Shown here: piece after piece, positions 1-13,000 of the stretch | How the letters are laid out: every line of letters begins with the position of its first letter | How positions within the stretch are numbered: position 1 is the first letter of the stretch | Origin: Squalus acanthias | Lineage: Eukaryota | Length of the DNA: 64,000 nucleotides | Direction: 5' to 3' | Assembly (NCBI GenBank): GCA_030390025.1 | Contig: CM059432.1 | Location: forward strand, 37,698,001-37,762,000 | Position numbers and translations under genes: made by a program | The notes under the pieces: generated by a model | Database searches by the model: none | What the model was told of the DNA's origin: nothing | What the model saw: only the letters and a program-made list of their open reading frames with translations

Positions 1-1388
1 TTATTTGATCTGTTAGTGTCTACCTTATATTTATGCCCCTTTCTTCTGAACTCACCCATAAATGGTAACAGTTTATCCACATCCACCCTAGCGAACCCCA
101 TCATAATTATAACAACCTCTATCAGGTTGACTCTTGGTCTTGGCTTTTCCAGAGACAAGAGCCCCAACCTGCTCAATCCTTCCTGATTAGTTGCATTGTC
201 TCAGTTCTGGTAACATCCTTGTAAATCTTTTCTGCACTTTTTCTCCAGTGCTTCAATATCCTTTTTGTAGTATGAAGACCAGACTGCTCACGGTTCTCTG
301 TATGGTCTAACCAACGTTTTATATAAATTTAACATTACCTCCATGCTTTTGCATTCTGTTGCTCTAGAACTCGAACCCCAGTACTTTATTTGCACTCTTC
401 ATTGCCTCATCAACTAGTGTTGCTACTTTTAGCGATTTCTGTATCTGTATTCCCAGATATCTTTGCTCCTCTACCCCATTTTGTTTCTTACCTTCCAAGG
501 AATAAATGGCCTCTTTATTCCTCCTACTAAAATGAACCATCTCACACCTTGCTATTTATCCGCCCACTCTGCACGCCTGTTTATGTCTTCCTGAATTTTG
601 GTGCAGTCCTCCACATTATTAGCTACACTGCCAAATTTGGCATTATCTGCAAATTTCCACACCATACCTCCAATTTCTGAGTCCGAATCATTTACTTATA
701 CGGGACACCACTTCCCCCTTTCTGGCAGTCTGAGAAACTTCCTGTAACTCCTACCCTCTGTTTTCTGTTTTGTAGCTCGCTATCAGTCCACTCTGCTATC
801 TGACCCCTGACTCCATGTGTTCTGACCTTTGTCATGAGTCTCTTATGAAGGCCTTCTGAAAGTCCATGTATACTACATCCACTGCATTGTCCTCCTGCTA
901 CTCTTTCTCTTAATTCGTCAAAGAATTCAAGAAAGTTGGTTAAACTTTGACGTTCCTTTTCGAAATCAATGCTGACTTTTTTAATTATATTATCCATCTC
1001 TGGATGTTTTGTTATCTGATTTTTAAGCAAGGATTCTAGTACAGTATATTTCCTACCACTAATGTTAAGCTAACTGGTATACAGTTCCCTGGATTAGGTC
1101 TATCTCCCTTTTTGAAGTTAGGAATTACATTTGCTATTTGCCAATCCTCTGACATTCCTTTTTCTATTGAATTTTTATATATGGCCTCTGCTATCTCCTC
1201 CCTAGTTTTTTCGAGCATCTGTGGGTGCAATCCATCTGAACCCTGGGTTTAGTCCTCCTTAAGTTTGGCTAGTTTGTCTAGTACTGTATCTCCTTTCTTT
1301 CTATATTAACTGTTGTAATATTCTGCTCGACTTCTTCAGTTGTTGTCATTTACTCTTTGGTAGCTTTTTCAGTGAGAACTGAGGCAAA

Positions 1389-3705
1389 GGCCCCAATCTT
1401 TTCTTTTATTCATTCACGGGATGTGGGCATCGCTGGCAAGGCCAGCATTTATTGCCCATCCCTAATTGCCCTTGAGAAGGTGGTGGTGAGATGCCTTCTT
1501 GAACCGCTGCAGTCCGTGAGGTGAAGGTACTCATACAGTGCTGTTAGGGAGGGGGTTTCAGGATTTTGACCCAGTGACGATGAAGGAGTGGTGATATAGT
1601 TCCAAGACAGGATGGTGTGTGACTTGGAGGGGAACTTGCAGGTGATGGTGTTCCCATGCACTTGCTGCCCTTGTCCTTCTAGGTGGTAGAGGTCGCAGGT
1701 TAGGGAGGTGCTGTCGAAGAAGCCTTGGCAAGTTGCTGCAGTGCATCCTGTAGATGATGCACACTACAGCCACGGTGCACCGGTGGTGGAGGGAGTGAAT
1801 GTTTAAGGTGGTGGATGGGGTGCCAATCAAGCGAGCTGCTTTGTCCTGGATGGTGTTGAGCTTCTCGAGTGTTGTTGAAGCTGCACTCATCCAGGCAAGT
1901 GGAGAGTATTCCATCACACTCCTGACTTGTGCCTTGTAGATGGTGGAAAGGCTTTGGGGAGTCGGGAGGTGAGTCACTCACCACAGAATACCCAGCCTCT
2001 GACCTGTTCCTGTAGCCACAGTATTTATGTGGCTGGTCCAGTTAAGTTTTTGGTCAATGGTGACCCTCAGGATGTTGATGGTGGGGGATTCGACTATGGT
2101 AATCCCATTGAATGTCAAGGGGAGGTGGTTAGACTCTCTCTTGTTGGAGATAGTCAGCGCCTGGCACTTGTGTGGCACGAATGTTACTTGCCACTTATCA
2201 GCCCAAGCCTGAATGTTGTCCAGGTCTTGCTGCATGCGGCCATGGATTGCTTCATTATCTGAGGAGTTGTGAATGGAACTGAACACTGTGTAATCATCAG
2301 CGAACATCCCTACTTCTGACCTTATGATGGAGGGAAGGTCATTGATGAAACAGCTGAAGATGGTTGGGCTTAGGACACTGCCCTGAGGAACTCCTGCAGC
2401 GATGTCCAGGGGCTGTGATGATTGGCCTCCAACAACCACAGCTATCTTCCCTTGTGCAAGCTAGGACTCCAGCCAGTGGAGAGTTTGCTCCCTGATTCCC
2501 ATTGACTTCAGTTTTACTAGGACACCTTGATGCCACACTTGGTCAAATGCTGCCTTGATGTCAAGGGCAGTCACTCTCACCTCACCTCTGGAATCAGCTT
2601 TTTTGTCCATGTTTGGACCAAGGCTGTAATGAGGTCTGGAGCCGAGTGGTCCTGGCGGAACCCAAACTGAGCATCGGTGAACAGGTTATTGGTGAGTAAG
2701 TGCCGCTTCCATCACTTTGCTGATCATTGAAAGTAAGCTGATGGGGCGATAATTGGCCGGATTGGATTTGTCCTGATTTTTGTGGACAGGACATATCTGG
2801 GCAATTTTCCTCTTTGTCGGGTAGATTCCAGTGTTGTAGCTGTACTGGAACAGCTTGGCTAGAGGTGCGGCTAGTTCTGGAGCACAAGTCTTCAGCACTG
2901 CAGCTGGGATGTTGTCAGGGCCTTTGCTGATCTTGACTGGGGCGAGTTTTACGAGCGGTGGTGGGGGGTTGGGGGAAAGGAGTTGTGGTCGTGAAACCCA
3001 GAAGTCCGGGTTTCCCGCACACTGTGGAGTTTCGACTCCACAGCGTGGGTCTTTTTTTCCAGCAGGTTCCCCACCCGGAAGCCAGCTTGATTGACTGGCT
3101 TATCTCCCTGTTGGGCGGGGAACGCTCCGGAGGAGGCTGCAGCCCAAGAACAGGAACAGAGCCTGCAGCTGGGTTATTAGTAGCGTTGTGGGGGGAGGGG
3201 TGGTATGAAATTTGTGGGGGCATCAGTGATCCTGGTGGGGGCAGGGCCATGAAGCTGGGAATGGGGAGCGTATGAGATCCTCGGGGGTGGTGGGGGGTGG
3301 CGCTGTCTGCGATCCTGAGCGGATGTTTTCCGATCCTGGAGGGGGGGAATCGGTTTTGCTTGATGGGCTGGGGGAAAGCAGTCCTGCTCCTCCTGGCCCG
3401 CAAGCAGTGCTGGAAAGGCACTTACCTCTTCCACACAGCAGTCCTCACCTCCCTTTAGCTGCCGGGTTTCCCAAAGCCCAGGAAACCCTGGAAGAAGATA
3501 AAATCTGAGGCACACACCCTGATTATAATATTTAAATGGCCATCCAGCCTCCTGGGAGCAGGTTGGTTGCCCGCTCCCATCCCGCCTCTGTTAAAACTAG
3601 AAGTGGGCGGGTTTGAGGTACGTTGGGTTCGAGTTTGAGATTTAAAAAAAATTCACAGCCCACCCAACCCAAACTCACCCGTTTTTGGGGGTTAAAATTC
3701 TCCTC
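1389..3705. mobile_element. Probable non-autonomous DNA transposon (MITE-like), itself interrupted by a LINE at 1401-2929
   Basis: Starts GGCCCCAATCTT(GAC) and ends GTTAAAATTCTCC, resembling the termini of other GC-rich MITEs in the window. Interrupts the CR1 reading frame. Confidence 0.55.
1401..2929 (-). mobile_element. 5'-truncated CR1-group LINE, second family ('family B'), RT plus 3' UTR
   Basis: RT motifs PANYRPISLLS, GVPQGSVLSP and MFADD, then VMEYSPLAW. 3' end ...cccacatcccgtgaatgaataaaagaa. Flanked by ATCTT at 1396-1400 and 2930-2934 (TSD). Confidence 0.9.
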
Positions 3706-3909
3706 AGGGTATCTATTCAGTATTCCTGCGATTTCAGTATCATCTCCTGTGATATTATCTTGCTCATCCTATAGTGGCCCTATCCCTATCTTAATTCTCT
3801 TTTGTTACTTATGTGCCGATAGAATACTTTACTGTTTCTTTTAATATTCTTTGATATTTTCATTTCATATTTCCTCTATGCCTTCCTAATTGTCTTTTTG
3901 ACCTCTTTC

Positions 3910-4068
3910 AAGGCTGAGATAGATAGAATTTTGGACTCCAAAGGAATCAAGGGATATGGAGATCAGGCAGGAATATGGAGTTGAGGTCGAAGATCAGCCA
4001 TGATCTTATTGAATGGCGGAGCAGGCTCGAGGGGCCATATAGCCTACCACTGCTCCTAATTCTTATGT
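3910..4068 (+). mobile_element. HER1-like CR1 LINE 3' end stub
   Basis: Conserved tail gatcagccatgatcttattgaatggcggagcaggctcgagggg...tcttatgttc, flanked by TCTTTC duplication. Confidence 0.85.
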
Positions 4069-4723
4069 TCTTTCCTAAGCTCATCATGTTCCCTTTTGTC
4101 ATCCTCTCCTTTATTGTTTATGTACTATGTGTATGCCTTTTCCTTTAGATTCAATATTATCCTCACCTCTTTATTTATCCATGGCAGCTTATCCTTGGCT
4201 GCTTTGTTAGAGGAATATATTTCTGCTGAACTCGGTTGATTTGAGGTCATCTTTTTAGACTAGCTTGACATCTGAGGCACAGTTTGATAAATGTTGGATA
4301 GCAGAATGTGTAGACAAAATCATAATGGATATCTTGTGAGATGTAGGAAAATATTTTCAGTGGGCCTTCTGTGCCATTGTCATTTTAAACCGGGTGTTAA
4401 CCCGTTGTCAGAATTCCAAAGATACTGCCCTCTCCTGATGAGCAATTCCCTCCCCACCGACAACATTTTCACCAGCCGCTCACCCCAGCTGAGCAAATTA
4501 TTGTGCCTCTGTCTCCCTTTGCCGTGTTCAGCCCCCATCCCCTCCCCAGGTTTTTGACCCCACCTTGACCCCCCATCCCAGCAAGATTCTCCCCCACAAA
4601 ATGAGGAAGAATTGGCATTAAAAAAATCTGTGCTCGCTGATAGCAGGAAGAGAGCGATGATGTCAAACGTAGAACCCCTGGGGAAGTAGTGAAATTGGCA
4701 GCATTTGAGATGAGCACCAAAGA

Positions 4724-6164
4724 ATGGTTTTACGAAGGGGAAGTCATGTTTGACAAATTTGCTGGAGTTCTTTGAGGAAGTAACATATAGAGTGGATAAA
4801 GGGGAACCAGTGGACGTAGTGTATTTAGACTTCCAAAAGGCATTTGACAAGGTGCCACACAAAAGATTATTGCTTAAGGTAAAAAATCACGGGATTGGGG
4901 GTAATATTCTGGCATGGATAGAGGATTGGCTATCTAACAGAAAGCAAAGAGTTGGGATAAATGGTTCATTCTCAGACTGGCAATCAGTAACTAGTGGTGT
5001 TCCACAGGGGTCAGTGCTGGGTCCCCAACTCTTCACAATCTATATTAACGATTTGGAGGAAGGGACCAAGTGTAACATATCAAAATTTGCAGATGATACA
5101 AAGATGGGAGGGAAAGTAGTGAGTGAGGAGGACATAAAAAACCTGCAAGGGGACATAGACAGGCTAAGTAAGTGGGCAGAGATTTGGCAGATGGAATACA
5201 ACACTGGAAAGTGTGAGGTGATGCACTTTGGCAGGAAAAATCCTAGAGCAATTTATTATCTTAATGGCAAGAAACTGGAGAGTACTGAAGTGCAAAGGGA
5301 TCTGGGGGTCCTGGTGCACGAAACTCAAAAGGTTAGTATGCAGGTGCAGCAAGTGATTAAGAAGGCAAATGGAATGTTGGCTTTCATTGCTAGGGGGATA
5401 GAATATAAAAATAGGGAGGTATTGCTTCAGTTGTACAAGGTATTGGTGAGACCGCACCTGGAATACTGCATACAGTTTTGGTGTCCTTACTTAAGGAAAG
5501 ACATCCTTGCTCTCGAGGCAGTGCAAAAAAGGTTCACTCGGTTAATCCCGGAGATGAGGGGGTGGTCATATGAGGAGAGGTTGGGTAGATTGGGACTCTA
5601 CTCATTGGAGTTCAGAAGAATGAGAGGCGATCTTATTGAAACATATAAGATTGTGAAGGGGTTGGATCGGGTGGATGCGGGGAGGATGTTCCCGATGACG
5701 GGTGAGACGAGAACTAGGGGACATAGTCTTAGAATAAGGGGCTGCTCTTTCAAACTGAGATGAGGAGGAACTACTTCACTCAGAGGGTGGTAGGTCCATG
5801 GAATATGCTGCCACAAAAAGCTGTAGAAGCTACAACATTAATTAAATTTAAAACAGAAATAGACAGTTTCCTGGAAGTAAAGGGCATTAAGGGTTACGGG
5901 GAGCGGGCAGGAATTTGGACATGAGTCCAGGTTCGGATCGGTCATGGCCCTGTGGGTAGTGGAGCGGGCCCAGGGACTGTGTAGCCTGATTCTGCTCCTA
6001 TTGCGTGTGTGCAATTCTGTTAGATGCAGGAGATGGTTCTGTGATAGATAGTAGATTGGCGGTTAGGATCAGATCAGCCATGATCTTATTGAATGGCGGA
6101 GCAGGCTCGAGGGGCCGATTGGCCTACTCCTGCTCCTATTTCTTATGTTCTTATGTTCTTATGT
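4724..6164 (+). mobile_element. Young 5'-truncated HER1-like CR1 LINE (RT ORF 4750-5763)
   Basis: Uninterrupted 337-aa RT (YLDFQKAFDKV, GVPQGSVLGP, KFADD). Frameshift near 5755 in FKTEMRR. (TTCTTATG)n tail. AAGAA TSD at 4720-4724 and 6165-6169. Confidence 0.95.
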
Positions 6165-7552
6165 AAGAACCCACCTCCACCCCCACCCTCCCTGTGCGAC
6201 GTCGGCCTATCCCCCTCCGATCCTGCTCCCACATCCTGTCTCAGCTAAGCAGGATTCATAACCCCGCTCCCTGACCAGGAATTGTGCCCCCCCCCCCCTC
6301 CCCGCCCACTATGAGCAGTAAGTTGGGAATTGCACTCAAACACCACTTCTCCCTCCAACTGGCTCATATTCTCCTTTGTTCACCACTGGCTGCCAAGCCT
6401 CCCTTCCCCAAACCCCCCAATGGCTGCAGTTCCACCTCAGAGGCATTCTCTATCCTGATTTGTTTCCCCTTTAACAGTAACCACACCCATGACTGTATTT
6501 CCTATTCACAGACGCCCCCACCCCTGCTTTTCGGCTGGTATCCATCTCCGCCTACCGGATAAAGTTTTTGATGATTAGCACCTCCTCCATTGTTCAGACT
6601 GAGAGCATTTCCCAGGCAGAGATGCAGTCCAATGAACAGCACCCTCTCCCATCGCCTGCTCTCTCATTTCCCTCCCGTCCTCCCTTACCTCTCCCCATCT
6701 TTCAGTACTTCTTTGTTGTTCTTGTTGGCTCCCGACAGAAACATTTCCTCGCTCCTCCTCACAATACGAAATAAAAATAATTTGATCTTTCATCACAAAT
6801 ACTGCTCTCTCTGTGGAGAATCAAAGTTTATGGAACATTTCAGGGTTCACTGACTTGAAGGGATTTTTCTGTCCATGGAATCATGCCAAAAAATCTGGTT
6901 CGCCAGAAATAATCTAACAGAGACTCTTCCTGCACCATTCAAGTTTTTAGATTTAAAATGCACCCGCAATAACTGAAGTTTGTATGAACTATAACCTAAT
7001 TTCTTGGTGGTTTCTGGTGTTCTGCGGGAATAAGTGTAGCTGAGGGTCATATGCATACGGCATACCACAAAAGCACATTCATCAAAAGAAGCCATTAGGA
7101 CATAATTTCCAAAAAATTTAAATCTGAACAGGAGAGCCTCAGTGGTTTCATCTGTTTCTCATTCTTGTTAAATCGAACAAATTAATCGTAGCCTAAAATC
7201 TTTCAACCTGCTATTTCCCAGTAGGGGAGTCGTGTTGCACTGTATGCAGAAGGCTGGCACAGTGCAAGGCATTACACAACAAACTTCTTATTTTTTTACC
7301 CTCTGAGTAAGGGAACAAGACAGATATACTGTTTCTGTATAAGGTAATGGAAAATATATACCATTACTCACAATGTAAGCTAACAGGACAGATCTACAGT
7401 TACTCATTGTAAGAAGAAAGCTGGGTCTCCACTATATTTACCTATACCGGCCTGGACTATAGAGATATGGAATTAAATGTACCTCATCAATGAAGAAGTT
7501 ATCATTTAATGAAAACTGGAATGCATGTTTTTCTCCATAATTAACAAAACCA

Positions 7553-7860
7553 TGGAACTTATAGAAGATTACAGCACAGAAGGGAGACCATTTGGTCCAT
7601 CTTGTCTGTACAGCCTCTTGGCGAGAGCAATCCAGAATTAGTCCCACTGCTCTACTCACTCTCCATAGCCCTATATCTTCCTTGTGTAACTACTGAGGCC
7701 GCAGTTTCTGAGAGTGCGTTTTCAGTAGTGGGCCATTAATTATGGAGAAAACATGATTCTGTCCATTTTCTCTTTCACAGAAACTGGATCGTTCTTCGAA
7801 AGAGCCGGCACAGACTCGACGGGCCGAATGGCCTCCTTCTGTGCTGCACTATTCTATGAA
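7553..7860. mobile_element. Two short CR1 3'-end stubs (about 7553-7680 minus, about 7790-7860 plus)
   Basis: Contain the CR1 3' terminal motif gggccgaatggcctccttctgtgctg...attctatg and its reverse complement. Confidence 0.6.
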
Positions 7861-9029
7861 TTCAGATTTTTAAGAGTATTACGATTATTATGCATTATAA
7901 ACATTAATACTTCACTCTGAGAACATCTAATGCAGGTTTGTTTGCAATTTACAGTGGGGGTAATTTTCAACTTCAACACCTGGGCAGTAATGTGGTGGAG
8001 CGGATCGCACATCTGTTGTAGAGCTCGCCCGATTTTCGTCCCGTCGATGGAAAAAAAAATCATCAGAAACTTTCTACTCTTGTACTCAGAGCTGCGGGGA
8101 AAGGTTTTAGTTTTTCGTGAGAAACCGAGGTGAAGGGCCAAGGTCCCTAGCACAGGACACCACCAAGGTTTGTCAGAGTAGGAGAGAAGACAAAGTAAAT
8201 CAAGAAAGGTTGATTTAGTGAAGGGAACCTTGGGCTTTAAAAGCCTTAAGAAGGAACGACTAAGACAGGATAGAGTTCAATGCAGTTGAAGCCTGGGAAA
8301 GAATGAGTTAAAGCAGGAAACTGTGCAACGAATCTCGGTTTTAACACAGCGAGGAGGAAAAGAATGTGTAGGATGCCAAAGCCGGAATTTTAAAAAAAAA
8401 CAAGTAGGGAAAGTTTAGAGAAGGAAAGACCATAGTATCGATTAAAAACAGAGGGACAAGAAAGGCTGTAACAGAAGGAGAGGTTGGAGGCTGGAGATGG
8501 AGAAGGATCGCACGTCAAACAGCAAGCTTGTTCTTTTCTCCTGTTCGAGAATGTGAGAGAGATACTAAAAGAGCTTCCTGGATAAGAGAGCACTGTTCAA
8601 GTCTTGGACAAACTCGAGACAGGATAGGAGGAGTCATTTTCAGAGTATGCACTGGAGGAAACCTTGCCCACCAGCAGCGCATATCGGAAAATTGGGGGCG
8701 TGCTGCCCACGATTTCCTGGTGTGCGTTACTGGCAGGCGAGGACCGTCACCTGCGGTGTGAACTCAGAGAAAGTGACCTCAGAGGGAGCTCGTATTTAAT
8801 GTAAACTCAGCGTTTGACGGATTGATATTACACAACACAATTGCAGCGTGCAAACTGACAAGTCTACTTGCAGAGATTTTGGGAACCAGTTTTATAAATT
8901 CAGAGTCATCCAGCAGCCGTAGTGTAGCTATTCCACCTTATGCTGCTGATGCAGAGAGGGATTGCATCGTTGTGTTTGCTGGATAAGTGAAACCAAAGTG
9001 TGAGTGACTGTTCATTTCTACTTTTCTAG

Positions 9030-9107
9030 GATAGTGCTAATCAGTGGCAAGAGATCCTTCTGCTCAGTGTTTTCAGTAATGCCATATCGAGACAACAGTC
9101 AGACAGG
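9030..9107 (+). CDS. CABLES1: CABLES1 internal coding exon A (78 bp, phase 2-2)
   Basis: Acceptor ttcatttctacttttctAG and donor GG|GTGAGT. Encodes IVLISGKRSFCSVFSVMPYRDNSQTG, matching the vertebrate CABLES1 segment IVLISGRRSFCSIFSVLPYRDS as recalled. Confidence 0.95.
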
Positions 9108-10004
9108 GTGAGTATACACATGGCATCAGATCTTACACAGGGCATTATGAAAATTCATTTTTCTATTTTTATGGTGTCTTACATGTTGAGAATATGAAAA
9201 AATATTCTGTTTACATGTAATTCTGAGTGATACAATGGAGGGTTCATGAGCTATCTAAAAATGTCCTGATTTCCTAGTTCTGGTCAGTGGAATATTTATA
9301 TATTTAAACATTTGTATATTAAAAGAATAGTTTTTATGACTTTTTTTTTTAGAACAGCATACTTGTTTTTCTTTGGGTTTTTTTGGAAATATTTCTGAGA
9401 AAAATAAAATAAAATCCAGTGGTGGTCTCCAAGAATTTAGAATCATGGAGTGCATGGGATATAATTCTGTCTACATGGCTCGCATATTCAAGCTTTCTCA
9501 ATTTGAAGCTATGTCAAAATATTATCAAAGTTTTTGGCACGTTAGGTTCGAGCACATTCTGTTCCTGGTGCTAATATTCAACCCTCATTGCAATTTATAT
9601 TGAAGTGTTGCATTCAAGTTAAAATGAGTTCACAAAGGGTTAAGATCCAGCTTGTAGCCAGAGCTTGGCAGGGGGAAGAGTTGTACAGTCAAGCCAGATG
9701 AGCCAATCATTGTAACTATTATCCTTAATGATCTGGGACAATGGGGGTGAGGGAGTCATTATTTTGATTCAGAAACTGTCAGTGGACATTCAAACATGGA
9801 ATGTTGGGAGGAACTGAATTCATCCAGACACAACATGAGGTCAACTGGCTAGGCCTCCACCCAGAGGACAGTAGCTGGTTTAATTGAAAGGTTTACTGGC
9901 CAAACCCTGGATGGGGAAGAAATCAGAGTTATTGCCCTCAACTTTCCGTACTCAGCAGCATCAAAAGAAGAGGGAAACACATATTCAAGGTTAGTTGGTA
10001 AGGT

Positions 10005-13000
10005 TTGCTAAGAGAGGCCTAGGCCAGTAAGGAGACCAGGCAGCGCGGATCTAAGTGGAGGCGGTATCAGCGGCGGCCGAACCTTCAACGATTTCCAAAA
10101 AAACAAGGAGTGACATCACGGGACAACAGGTAGGTGGTTGGTTGGTGAGTATTAAGGTTTTTTTTTTCTCTCTTCTCTCTAACCTAGAACAGTGGTTTAA
10201 ACTAGGTGCGGGAAACTACAAAGTACTGTATTAAACTAATTAATATAACTATTAAATAATAGTTGAATAAAGACTTTAACTAATTAAATAAATAAAATAA
10301 GGCTAGACTAAGATATGGCAGGGCAGGTTGTGTGTCTGGACTGCAGTATGTGGGAGTTTGTCCCGAGCGAACATGTCTGCAGGAGATGTCTCCGTCGCGA
10401 ATCTCTCCGGCTCAGAGTCATTGAGCTGGAGTGCGAGTTGGAGACACTCCGACACATAAGGGAGGGGGAAGAATTTCTGGGCAGTTTTATCCAGAATGCA
10501 GTCACACCCCAGAGGAAAGCACAGGTTCAGGAAGGGGAGGGTGTGGCTGCTAGGGAGCCGGGTAGCAGGGATCTAGGAGAGGTTGAGAAGGAGGTCCTGC
10601 AGACACTGGTCCTGTCCAACAGGTACGAAGTACCCGCTACCTATGAGGACAAGGAGAAAGACTGCAGGGTGGACAGCCACAAGGCAGACCAAGGCACCGT
10701 GGCTCAGAAGGCTGTCCAAGGCGGGGGGAAGAGCAGAATAGAAATGTGGTAGTGATAGGGGACTCTATAATTAGGGGGATAGATAGCGTCCTCTGCAGCC
10801 AAGAACGAGAATCCCAAAGCGTGTGTTGCCTACCCGGTGCCAGGGTAAGGGATATCTCATGCCGGGTGGAGAGGAACTTGGAAAGGGAGTGGGTAAATCC
10901 ATGTTGGAACAAACAACATAGGTAGGAACAGGGAGGAGGTCCTGCTGAAAGAGTATCGGGAGTTAGGATCTAAATTAAAAAGCAGGACCTCGAGGGTAAT
11001 AATCTCTGGATTATTGCCCGAGTCACATGCAAATTGGCATAGAAGTAGACAGATCAGGAGAATTAACACGTGGCTAAAGGGCTGGTGTGGGAAAGAGGGG
11101 TTCCTTTTCATGGGACACTGGCACCAGTTCTGGGACAGGAAGGAGCTGTACCAATGGGACGGGCTCCACCTGAACCGGGATGGGACCCGTGTCCTAGCGG
11201 AAAGGGTAAATAGGGAAGTGGCAAAGGCTTTAAACTAGTAAGATGGGGGGAGGGATCTACAAGAAACGTAACCAGCCTAATTAAAAACAAAACAGGAAAA
11301 GAGAGCATAGGAAAGAATAAAGTAAGGGAGGACATTGATGGCAAGGGAATAAATAGAGTTATAGAACAGGAGTCTAAAAAGATGGTTAAACATAAAGTGA
11401 GAGGAAATCCTATTAAAAATGAGTTGAACTGTCTGTACAGCAATGCACACAGTGTCCGTAATAAAACAGGGGAGCTGGAGGCAATCATGCGCTGTGAGGA
11501 ACCAGACATAGTAGGGATTACTGAGACATGGCTACAGAAAAATCAGGACTGGGAATTAAACATTGCAGGGTATGACATATTTAGAAAAGATAGAGGGGGG
11601 GAAAAGGAGCGGTGAAGTAGCTGTACTTATTAGGGATAACAATGGCAGTAGAAAAAAGTGACACCGCTATCAGCAAGACAAAAATAAAATCCATATGGAT
11701 AGAGATAAAAGATAATAAAGTATCAATCACACTAATAGGTGTAGTCTACAGACCAACTAATAGTGGAAGGGAGGTGGAGGACGAAATACGCAGACAAATT
11801 AGGGAAATGAGTAAAAAACATAGAATAATAATCATGGAGGATTTCAACTACCCCGATATTAATTGGACAGAAGAGGTAGGTAAAGGGGATAAGGGAATGG
11901 AGTTCCTTACAATGTGTACAGGACTCCTTTCTAACCCAATATGTAAAAAGCCCAACAAGGGAGGATTTGCTATTGGATCTGGTAATGGGGAATGAACCAG
12001 AGCAGATAAGAGAAGTAAAAGTAGGGGAACATCTAGGCAATAGTGACCATAATATAATACGCTTTAAGATGATAATTGAGAAGGACATAAGTATGACGAA
12101 AACCAGGGTAATAGATCGGAGCAAAGCTGATTTTGAGGGGCTGAAAATAGAACTTGGGAAAATAAAATGGGCAACAATATTGGCAGACAACGATGTAGAA
12201 CAGCAATGGGAAACATTTAAAACGGTGTTCAACAGAGTGCAGGAAAAATATATTGCGCTAAAAGGAAAAAACAAACTAAACACTAATGAGACTCCATGGA
12301 TGAATAAAGCCATAAGGGAACAATTGAGGGTAAGGAAAGAGGCCTACATTAAGTACATAGACAGCAGAGGAGTGCATGATAAGGGAGAATATGAAGAAAT
12401 TAGGAGACAAGTCAAAAAAACCATTAGGGAGGCAAAGAGGAACTATGAAATTAAATTATCAAGAAACATAAAACAAAATAGTAAAATATTTTACAGGCAC
12501 ATCAATAAAAAACAGGAAGGTTGGGATGGGAACAGGGCCATTAAGGGATAGACAGGATAATACCACAGGTAACGATAGAGAGATGGCAGAAATATTAAAT
12601 AATTATTTTGCTTCAGTATTTACCAGGGAGATAGAACAGGTAGACATGACATTGGATGATGAGATTAGTAATGAGATAAATGCATTTAGAAGAAAAATAG
12701 GGGATATGTTAAATAAACTAATCAAACTCAAAGAGAATAAAACCCCTGGTCCAGATGGATTGCATCCACGCATTTTAAAAGAATCTAGGGAAGAGATAGC
12801 AGAGGCATTACTACACATATTTAATAATTCGTTAGAAAAAGGTGTAGTGCCAGAGGACTGGCAAATAGCTAACGTAATACCTATATTTAAGAAAGGCGAT
12901 AGAACATGTTCAGGGAATTATAGACCAGACAGCTTAACATCGGTGGTAGGAAAAATAATGGAATCCCTACTAAAGGAGAAAATAGAAGAACATCTAGAAA

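Larger units (their letters stand above)
1..4200 (-). mobile_element. Old degenerate CR1 LINE ORF2 (RT region) split by nested insertions; pieces about 1-1388, 3706-3909 and 4069-4200
   Basis: Minus-strand RT remnants (EDWQIANVIPNFKKGDR, SLTNFLEFFDE, RKQRVGVTGSFS). The reading EIAGILNRY near 3710 rejoins FASVLTEK near 1385 across the inserts. Similar to the element at 10005-14295. Confidence 0.85.

Noticed and set aside
2855..3515. Cluster of overlapping 80-170 aa ORFs (also at 32351-32913, 45861-46324 and 53365-54035)
   Set aside because: GC-rich MITE interiors with few stop codons and no recognisable domains.
4750..5763. 337-aa RT ORF as a host gene or retron-like system
   Set aside because: It is the 3' part of a 5'-truncated CR1 LINE with tail and TSD.
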